From positions 13,602 through 77,601 of the forward strand of contig NW_015167655.1 of NCBI RefSeq assembly GCF_001447785.1: 64,000 bases of DNA. The letters run 5' to 3'. The first letter of the stretch is position 1. Every line of letters starts with the position of its first letter. This document shows positions 48,384 through 57,873 of this stretch, one piece after another. Position numbers and translations under genes: made by a program. This DNA comes from Gekko japonicus. Its lineage: Eukaryota. The notes below the pieces were generated by a model that saw nothing but the letters and a program-made list of their open reading frames with translations, searched no databases and had not been told where the DNA came from.

Positions 48384-48770
48384 GGCTAGCCTGATCTCGG
48401 AAGCTAAGCAGGGTCTGTCTTTGTTAATACTTGGATGGGAGGCCACCAAGGAAGTCCGGGGTCCCTACGCAGAGGCAGGCCATGGCAAACCACCTCTGTT
48501 CACCTCTTGCCTTGAAAATCCGACAGGGTTACCATCAATGTTCCCTCTAAGCTGTGGAGTCTTGTGAGCAAAAATTCTACTTTGTGAGCTACTGGCATTA
48601 AAGTTGTGAGCGAGCGATTCGGCTGCTGCATAAATTCGCTGGCTCTGGAGCCATCCTGCCTGAGCCAAGACAAAAATGTGTGAGCTGGAGGCTAAAAAAC
48701 TGTGAGCTAGCTCACACTAACTCAGCTTAGAGGGAACACTGGTTACCATGAGTCAGCTGCAACTTGACAA
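48384..48770 (+). mobile_element. 5S rRNA-derived SINE with a nested MITE; copies at ~12590-12750, 21505-21695, 28950-29115, 37085-37225, 39375-39550, 59890-60095
   Basis: gatctcggaagctaagcagggtc...tacttggatgggag (5S internal promoter region), followed by a non-5S body ggcaaaccacctctg...ttgccttgaaaa. Confidence 0.8.
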
Positions 48771-49282
48771 CAAAAAGAATAAAAATGGCCGCTAACTCCT
48801 GTTGCAGAAGCTGGTCCCCACGCTGTGCACCAGGTGGCCTGATCCACAGCAATGGGGATCCTGCGCAGTGTGTGCAATGCACAGAGACCCATCTCCCGCC
48901 CTCATGGGTCCTCGCAACGTATAAGCTCTCCCTCCCCATTCGTCATCACGACTGCTCAAGAAACTGGACAGCCCACCGACAAATAAGCCCAGAATGCCGT
49001 TCCAAGGTGCTGTTGCCGTTTTCGAAGGCCCTTTTATCTCTCGCTTCTTCCACAGCAGCAAAGCCGTACCCCACAGCAGAGAAGGTGGGCGGCTGCAGTT
49101 GGAAACCAGAGGATATCCTCGGTAGGCAGACCGCAAAACCCCTCCAAGCTCCATCATGCAACTACTGGCCAGTCCCAGAGCATCAGCAGCAAAGAACCGT
49201 CTTTCTCGTTTTGGACCCTGGAGCGCGGGCAAGCTGATCAGACTGTCCAAGTGGGGCGGGCCGTTTCCACCACTGGCCACTG

Positions 49283-49414
49283 CTACTTCTTCCAGGGCCA
49301 TGGTCTCCGTGCCACGTTCTCATTGGTTTCAGCTGCCTCTTTGAGCACTGCCATCACTGCAGCATTCAGCTGTCGCTGCTCGGCCTGCTGCTGAGGGCTG
49401 GAACGAGGAAGTTC
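49283..49414 (-). CDS. UQCC3: Ubiquinol-cytochrome c reductase complex assembly factor 3, coding exon 2
   Basis: ELPRSSPQQQAEQRQLNAAVMAVLKEAAETNENVARRPWPWKK* versus recalled human EMPLQDP...LATLQEAATTQENVAWRKNW. Acceptor ctttctccttccAG. Confidence 0.9.
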   Translation of the reverse strand, partial: ELPRSSPQQQAEQRQLNAAVMAVLKEAAETNENVARRPWPWKK

Positions 49415-50057
49415 CTGGAAGGAGAAAGAGCATGTAAGAAGAGCTCTGCTGGATCAGACTGTCTAGTCCAGAAGCCAACCAGTTGCCCTGGAGAACCAGA
49501 CAGACAGGGCATGAAGGCCAAGGCCTTCCCCTGATGTTGCCTCCTAGGACTGGTATTCAGAGGTTGGCTGCCTGTGTATACGAAGATAAATCAAGATGTT
49601 ATTCTATCTGGGAGCCATGTTATTCTATCTGTAGCAGTAGAAAAGAGCAAGAGTCCGGTAGCACCTTAAAGGCTAACAAAACTTGTGGCCGGGTACAAGC
49701 TTTTCTGGGTCACTGCTCACTTCTTCAGAAAGTTCTTCAGAAAGTTCTTCAGAAAGAAAGAAACTTCTTCAGAAAGTTCCCTTTAGTCACCATGGCTAGT
49801 AGCCACGAATAGACCTCTCCTCCACGAATCTGTCTAACTGGCTTTCAAAACTGTCTGTGCTCACAGCTGTTACTATGTCCTCCAACAAGAAATTCCACAA
49901 AGTATTTACTTGTTGCGTAAAGAAAGAAAAGGGATCCAGAGGAAGGGGGGGGGGTAGGAGCTGTATGATGGGACCAATAAAAACATAAGAACATAAGAGA
50001 AGCCAGTGTTGGGCCAAAAATACCAGGTTCCCTCGGGAGGTCCACCAGTGAGGCCAA

Positions 50058-50216
50058 GATTTGTTGCGAACTTGCAATAAAAACAACATGAGATGCACAT
50101 TTCATTCTCCTTTAATTCTTGTTCCACCACAATCCTGTTTGTTGCGAACTTGCAATAAAAACAATATGAGCTGCACATTTCATCCTCCTTTAATTCTTGT
50201 TCCACCACAATCCTGC
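50058..50216. repeat. Tandem duplication, 2 x ~79 bp
   Basis: tttgttgcgaacttgcaataaaaacaa...ttgttccaccacaatcctg occurs twice. Confidence 0.9.
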
Positions 50217-52061
50217 ATTGCCCCCCATCCTCTTTCAGAGGATCCAACTAGCCACTGGACTGGCAGTATTGCCAGGAAACCAGTGCCAGTCGTGCAGGAC
50301 CACACAGCTCAAGTATTCATGGAGCAGAACCAAACCTTGTGTGCCAAGTTCCTCTCATTCTCTATGGTTGCAGCACCTGACTGAATTCAGCCAGGCCTTC
50401 TGATTGGCTGAGCATTCTGCCGATCATCTTCCTGGGCCAGGTCAACTCTAAATCCTGCTGTTTTGCTGTCACTTCATCGTTGAACAGCTCAACTTTTCAG
50501 GCCTCATGAAGATCAGCTGAAGCAGCTCATATGGGAGAATGTTAAACCCAAAATCTAGGATCTAACCAGATCCTACTGATCATCTCCTAGCCTTACAAGA
50601 GAATGGATCCTAAGCCAGTAACCTCTGCTGACTACAGAAAGGCCTGTTATTCAACAGTAGGACATGAACTCTACATACTAAAAGGTCCCAGGTTCAATAT
50701 CGAACTTCTGTAGATATGCCAAAAACTAAACAACTTTCAGTCAAGGTAGACAGCATCCAGCGCCTTGACATTTACATACATTTATATATACAAAATTGCC
50801 TCCCCTCTAAATGAGCTGGTTTTCTGACACATGAAGTCTCTGCAGTACGCCTTCAAGACAATTGTAAGCCCCAAATGGTCAAACTGAATACATCAGTAGT
50901 TTCCATAAAAGCCTTCATAGTATTCAGGCATGCCAATTTGGAAAGCAAAATTAACTACACCCAGTTAGTAAAACGAGCGTATTTAAATAAATATAGATAT
51001 TGCCAGAACGTCAATACTTTTAGAGAGAAAGACTTGGTTTAAGAAACAAAGCTTTCTACTTTCTGTTCATCCTTATCTCTTACAGAAATGATGTTTAAGG
51101 CTAGTCATAAGAATCCCTTTCTAGGAGGAAGTCCCTTTTAATAAAACTGGATTTCTAATTAAACAGATACTCCACATCCATCACTCCATCCATGCATGCT
51201 CACTGTCTGCTAATTTCACCTATCTCTTCATCTTTGCGCATTACCTCTCACACTGTCAGAGTTTAGGTAGCATGCTCCTTCTTGAGCATGGAGATAGTGA
51301 TGAAGACTGTCAGACTGAGGTATGGGAGACCCAGGGTTCAAATCCTCTCTGCCATGAAGCAGAAAAGTGTGAGAGTCCAGTCATACCTTGAAGACTAGGA
51401 ATATTTGTGGCAGGGGATGAGCTTTCATGTATAACCATGAAACTAGTCACTCTCAGCCTAATCTGCCTCACAGGGTTGTTGTAAGAATAAAACAATGTAC
51501 ACCGCCCTGAGCTTTTCAAAGGATGGTGAAATCAAAAATGTAAGAAACAAAAACCAACATAAAATACAGCTTTAGCAGAATTTTAGAGAACACACACCTC
51601 CCTTGTCACCACTTTAATTTTACACATCACATTGTATTATTGGTCTGTTCTGCTTGATGTGCTGTACTCCAATTTGCAACGACTTTCTAAAGGATGTCTC
51701 TCAGCCCTGAGTTGCCACAAACTGAACTCGGGATCTTCAGTCTGCAAAGCAAGTGGTCCACCACTCCCTCACATAAGGCTGTCTCCCCGGCATAAGCAGG
51801 GTTGCCAACCTCCACGTGGAGCCAGGAGATATCCTAGAATAACAGCTGCTTCCCAGACTACTGCGATCTGTTCCCCTGGGGAAAACGGCCGCTTTGGCGG
51901 GTGCACTCCACTATACCCTGCTGAGCTCCCTGCCCAAACCCAATCCCCAAGGATTTTCGGACCCAGAATCGGCAACCCTAAGTCAATTCTAGCCCTTGGC
52001 GCTCTGCAGCTCCGCCTTTGCTGGCTCCGACCTCTGCGGCCGCTCCGCAGGACCTGCCCAC

Positions 52062-52181
52062 CTTTGCTCTCAACTTCATCTGCTCCTCGTTGGGCGTCAT
52101 CCCCACCCAGAGCGCAATCCCGAGTCCCATGGTCCCCACCATGCCCAGAATCGTCTTCACCACTTGCTGTGTGGACCCCAT
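52062..52181 (-). CDS. UQCC3: Ubiquinol-cytochrome c reductase complex assembly factor 3, coding exon 1
   Basis: Kozak GCCATGG. MGSTQQVVKTILGMVGTMGLGIALWVGMTPNEEQMKLRAK (40 aa; single TM followed by TP). Donor AAG|gtgggc. UQCC3 neighbours UBXN1 tail-to-tail in human. Confidence 0.88.
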
Positions 52182-52334
52182 GGCAGCAGGGCCTGCCAAG
52201 TGGGCAGCAGAGAGAATGCCCGACCTCGACCTCCTGGAGAGGAGCGCGGTGGGGAAGAGAAGAAGCGGAGCACAACCATAGAGAACAGGAAGTCTGTCCC
52301 GACCAGAGGGTCCTGATCGAAGAAATGCAACAAA

Positions 52335-52515
52335 AGTGTGAGTCCAGTGGCGCCTTTAAGACCAACGAAGTTTAATGCAAGGTATGAGCTTTCGTGTGCA
52401 GGCACACTTCTTCAGATATCTGCAGAAGAAGTGTGCTTGCACACGAAAGTTTATACTTTGAATTAAACTCTGTTGGTCTTAAAGGTGCCACTGGACTAAA
52501 AATTTATTCCACTGC
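52335..52515. mobile_element. Penelope-like inverted pLTR pair carrying hammerhead-ribozyme-like motifs
   Basis: Fold-back centred at ~52418; the minus strand reads CTGAAGAAGTGTGCCTGCACACGAAAGCTCATACC. Confidence 0.65.
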
Positions 52516-52580
52516 TTCAGACCGTCACGGCTACCTACCTGATCGAAGAAAGAAACTCCTTGGTCTGCGTTCCTGAACTC

Positions 52581-52968
52581 TATGGATTACGATTCAGTCA
52601 TTGACTTTGCTATGATATCTGGGCTAGAGTCTCCCCCAGACTTGGCTGTAGACCAGAGAGTCTCTATAAGACAGGAAACAAGGCGTGGGAAGGTTACCAT
52701 CGCAACGAGAACTCCCTTTCCACGACGCTTCCAAATGCGTCTAAATCCAGAGTGTACATTTTATCGCAAGTTACTGTGGATTACGATTCTGTCATTGACT
52801 TTCCTATGATATCTGGGCTACAGTCTCCCCCAGACTTGGCTGTAGACCACAGAGTCTCTATAAAACAGGAAACAAGGCGTGGGAAGGTTACCATAGCAAC
52901 CAGAACTCCCTTTCCACGACGCTTCCAAATGCGTCTAAAACCAGAGTGTACATTTTATCGCAAGTTAC
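52581..52968. repeat. Direct tandem duplication, 2 x 194 bp
   Basis: Units 52581-52774 and 52775-52968, about 9 substitutions. Confidence 0.92.
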
Positions 52969-53542
52969 TAATCCATGCAATCTTCTTGATAAAGTGCAGC
53001 CTGTGCAGCTTCAAAGCTTGCATACGCTGCCTTAACACCAAAATAACATGGAGCTAAGAAAAGATTTCCGCCACCACCACCACTTTACTTCATTTGTACC
53101 CTGCCTTTCTCCCCCAACGGGGGCCCAAAGAGGATTACATAATTATTCTTTCCTCCATTTTTATCTGTGAGGTGAGTTAAAGTGAGACTGACCGACCCGG
53201 GATTGTCCAGTGAGCTTCCATGGCACAGGTGAGGATTCGAAGCTGTGTCTCCCAGATCCTAATCTGACTCTCTAACCACTGTACTACACTGGCTGTCCTT
53301 TTTAAAAGTATAGATTTTCGTATTATGCATAGAGTCTCCAGTGCACAGGGCAATGAACACAAGAGCAATGAACACAAAAGGAGGTCCCTGCCTTGCAGAG
53401 ATTAGAGAAGAGAGAAGAGATTGGATTTATACCCCGTCCTTCACTTCCATGAAGGAGTCTCAGAACGGTTTACAATCTCCTTTCCTTTCCCCTCCCCACA
53501 ACAGACACCCCATGAGGTAGGTGGGGCTGAGAGAGCTCTTTC

Positions 53543-53688
53543 NNNNNNNNNNNNNNNNNNNNNNNNNNNNNNNNNNNNNNNNNNNNNNNNNNNNNNNNNN
53601 NNNNNNNNNNNNNNNNNNNNNNNNNNNNNNNNNNNNNNNNNNNNNNNNNNNNNNNNNNNNNNNNNNNNNNNNNNNNNNNNNNNNNNNN
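53543..53688. other. Assembly gap (N) inside a SINE
   Basis: N run. Confidence 1.
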
Positions 53689-55015
53689 TATGGAGGAGTG
53701 GGGACTCAAACCTGGTTCTCCCAGATTAGAGTCCACGCTCCTGACCACTACACCAAACTGGCTCTCAATCTAGAATGTGAGCCAGCAAAGCCACAGAAAG
53801 AGTAATTTTGGATGTGGAGCCATGATAGTCTGTGTTCCCAACTCTGGGCTGGGAAATTCCTGGAGATTTAAGGTTAAAGCCTGGGGAGGGACCTCAGCTG
53901 GGTATAATTATTTATTTATTTATTTTATTCGATTTATATACCGCCCTCCCCAATGGGCTCAGGGCAGTGTACAACAGTTAAACATACAATTAAAACTGTT
54001 AAAATAACAATTTACAGATAAAATAATAAAATACTGTGTAACTATAAAATTGTCAGATGACTAATCTAAAGCAGGATGGACAATTGGCTGTAGAGTCCAC
54101 TCTCCAAAGCAGTCATTTTCTCCAGGAGAACTGATCTCTGTCATCTGGAGAGCTGCTGCCAGTCAGAGTTGACAATACTGACTTTGATAAACTAAGGGTC
54201 AAACTCGGCCTAAGGCAGTTTTGTGTGAAGGGAGGAGACAGTGGCAGCTTTGACCTACGATAGGCCACTGGCCAAATCAGGCAAGTGGCTATTGTGTGGC
54301 TGCAAGTCTCCAGGTGGTGGCTGGATATCTCCCGGAATTACGACTGGTCTCCAGGTTACAGAGATCAGTTTCCTCTGGCAAAAATGGCTGCTTTGGAGGT
54401 TGGATTATGTGGAAGAAGAAGAGGAGGAAGAGGAGGAGGAGGAGGAGGAGGAGATTGGATTTATACCCTGCCCTTCACTACCCAAAGGAGTCTCAGAGCG
54501 GCTTACAAACTCCTTTCCTTTCCCCTCCCCACAACAGACACCCTGTGAGGTAGGTGGGGCTAAGACAGTTTTCTCGAGAACTGCCCTTGAGAGAACAACT
54601 CTGAGAGAACTTTGACCCGAGGTCACACCAGCAGCTGCATGTGGAGGAGTGGGGAATCAAACCCGGTTCTCCCAGATTAGAGTCTGCGCTGCTAACCACT
54701 ACACCAAACTGGCTGAGGTCTGTCCCCTCCCCAAATCCCACCCTCCTCAGGCTCCACACCCCAAATATCTAGATATTTTCCAGCCCAGAGCTGGCAACTT
54801 CTCCAGCTTCCACTCTCTGAGCAGGAGAAGGAAGAAGATCCACATTGTGCTACTACCTTCCTTTTGCAGCATGTATGTGTGTGTGACTGTGCCCATCAGT
54901 GGCAGCAGAGGAGGAGGAACATGACTTCTCTTCCTCCCTTGGCTCCTCTGACAGAGAGCTGAGGGAGGGCATGTTGGTTGCCGTGTGGCTGCCACAGCTG
55001 TCATGTTGGTGGGTG

Positions 55016-55234
55016 TAGGGTTGCCAACCCCCAGGTGGTGGCTGGAGATCTCCTGGGATTACAACTGATCTCCAAGCGACAAAGATCAGTTCCCCTGGAG
55101 AAAATGGCTGCTCTGGAAGGTGGACTCTATGGCAGTATACCACATTGAAGACCCTCCCCTTCCCAAACCCTGCCCTCTTCAGGCTCCACCTCCCAAATCT
55201 CCAGGTATGTCTCAACTCAGAGCTGGTAACCCTA
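55016..55234. mobile_element. 'TAGGGTTGCCA' TIR MITE family, representative of many copies in the window
   Basis: TIR tagggttgcca / tggtaacccta. The internal motif ttccaaagcagccattttctccagg...ctggagatcagttgtaat recurs at ~0.7, 3.0, 3.3, 4.2, 11.4, 14.3, 14.6, 45.4, 51.8, 53.8, 58.0, 60.3-60.8 and 62.0 kb. Confidence 0.8.
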
Positions 55235-57000
55235 GGTGGGTGAGTGGTGGGCCATTTTGGCAACCCTGACATCTGCCCAGTAACCATTCTGATCCTTTTC
55301 TGCCAGCCTTATGTCCTGGAAAGGAATTTCATATAGTGCTTCAAGAGAGTAAGGCAGTGTCAGTTAAGGGGATTGAGCCGAGCCTGTCTTGGGCTGTGAT
55401 CATACGCACAATTAGACCCGACTAGGTGCAAATGCCGGGCGGATTTAAAGGGCGCGAGCAGACAACATCTTGGAAGCACCCCGCAGCTGTCGGCGACCCA
55501 TTCTGCTCCGCCGCAGAAGCGGAGTTAAAAGACACCGAGGAAAATCTGGTAGTAAACGGGTTGTGACCAATGTTCCCTCTAAGCTGTGGAGTCTTGTGAG
55601 CAAAAATTCTACTTTGTGAGCTAGTGGGATTAAAGGTGAGAGCGAGAAATTTGGCTACTGCATAAACTAGTTTGCTCTGGAGCCCTCCTTCCTGAGCTAA
55701 GACAAAAATGTGTAAGCTGGAGGCTAAAGAACTGTGAGCTAGCTCACACTAACTTAGTTTAGAGGGAACACTGGTTGTGACAGGCCATGGACGGACTTTC
55801 CCATGTCTCGATCGCTCCAGCACGCTCTCATAGCATCGGGATGGTCTGATCAGGCCATCCAGACTTCGTGCTGTTGCCCCCCCCCCTTGCAGTATGTGCA
55901 TCATTGCAAACTCCATAGGGAGCCCTCAGTGCAGAGGTGCAATTCATTGATCCCTCGTTTAAGCGCATGGGACAAAAATGGCAAAAAAGAAACCCCGACT
56001 CACCTGCAGTCGCTTTTGATCACACACTGACAGACTGTGCCCGCAGCTCCAAAGAGAGGTGTGAACGTGCAACTGCGGGTCAAATTCCTACGGAGGAGAT
56101 AGCCCCCCCCCCCCCGTTTTTTCTGGCACGTGTGACCGCAACCTTGGGTCTCTTTCCTTTATTTACTTACTTGAGTTATCCCCTATGGAGACCCAAAGCA
56201 GCTTACATTGTTCTCCTCGCCTCCATTTTATCCTCACAACAACCCCCCTGCGAGGTAGGTTAGGTGGAGAGAGACCGACTGGCCCATGGTCACCCAGCAA
56301 GCATATTAAATCACTGGTGTTCTGTGTGATGCAGCGGCAAAAAAGGCTAATGTGGTCTTGGGGTATATCCACAGGCATAACATACAGATCACAAGATGTC
56401 ATAGTCTTGCTGTACACTGCATTGGTCAGGTCATACCTGGAGTATTATGTGTCGCTCTAGAGGCCTCACTTCAAAAAACGATGAATACAGAATGGAGCTG
56501 GTACAGAAGACAGCATTCATGAAGGTGATCGGAGGGCTGAAAACCAAGCATTACGAGGAGAGGCTTGAAGGACTGGAATGTTCAGTCTGGAGAAAAAGGG
56601 GGGCATGATTGTTCTCTTTGAAGTTTTTGAAAGGCTGTCAGAGGATGGCAAGATTCTGTTTCTGTTGGCTGCATTGGATGGGACTTGCAATAATGGGTTT
56701 AATGGACAGAAAGGTACTGGCTGGCTATAGGAATATATTTTTTTTTACAGTAAGTAGTCCAGCGGCGGAATCCACTACCTAGGGAGCCAGTGAGCTCCCC
56801 CTCCCTGGCAGTCTTTAAACCACAGCTGGACAAACACTTGCCAGGGATGCTCTAGGCTAATCCTGGATTGAGAAGGGGGTTGGATTAGATGGCCTCTATG
56901 GCCCCTTCCTTCTTGGTTTACCCAAGCCAGCAAGCTGTAACAACACTGATCATCCTTAATTCAAAGTAGAAGATTCATTATTAACTCTTTTATATATAAT

Positions 57001-57210
57001 AAAGGTAAAGGTTCCCTTGCTCGAAAGCCAGTCGAATTTGACTCTAGGGTTGTGGTGCTCATCTCCGTTTCCAAGCCGAAGACGTTTCCGTGGTCATGTG
57101 GCCGGCATGACTTAAACGCCAAGGCTCATGGAACGCTGTTCCCTTCCCACCGAAGCGGTACCTATTTATCTACTTGCAATTTCTTGCTTTCAAACTGCTA
57201 GGTTGGCAGG
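57001..57210 (+). mobile_element. Sauria SINE fragment (another at ~3380-3533 on the opposite strand)
   Basis: aaaggtaaaggttccc...gctcatctccgtttccaagccga...gtggtcatgtggccggcatgact...gcggtacctatttatctact...aactgctaggttggcagg. Confidence 0.8.
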
Positions 57211-57842
57211 ATTTATATATAATACTAAATATTAAACTAGGGTGACTAGATGTCCTCTTTTTAGAGGACCTGTCCTCTTTTGTTGGTGTTTGTCCTCTTT
57301 TGGGCTCTTTTTTAAAAAACTGAGGAAAATGTCCTCTTTTGGGGTTGGCAGGTTAGGAATGTTCATGGTTACTAGCAAGAATCACAGCCTTCACTTGCTT
57401 GAACTAGTCAGTCGGGAAATATGTCCTCTTTTTTGCTTTTCAAAATAGAGTCACCCTAATTAAACTTGTATTGTGGTACTGGCAACCTGCCAGACAGTCA
57501 GGATGGACAGAAGACTCTTGGAATAGCCACAGTGCAAAAATAGCTAGCTTCCCCCCCCCCGCCGTGCCTTTAAACAGCAGCCTGGTGTGCAGGAATTCAA
57601 CAGGTGACGCTTTGCAGGAATTCAACAGGTGACGCTTTTCCAGCATGGCGAAAAAGCGGAGAAGAAGCTCTGGCCCTGCTAAAGTTTCCGTTAGAGGCCC
57701 CAGAGCATGCCAGGAAAAACCAGAAAGGTGGCAACTGGAGATCTCATTAAGGAGAGCCTTGTCACGTAATCCCAAGGGATTATCCGCAGGGTGTGGCAGA
57801 GGAACGGTCTGCAGGCTGGGAGAGGCCAGGCCGCTTCATGGG

Positions 57843-57873
<31 letters not shown>

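Noticed and set aside
51632-52375. 247-aa and 198-aa ORFs around UQCC3 exon 1
   Set aside because: They are composites of MITE, Penelope-like and antisense or out-of-frame UQCC3 sequence, with no protein-family signal.
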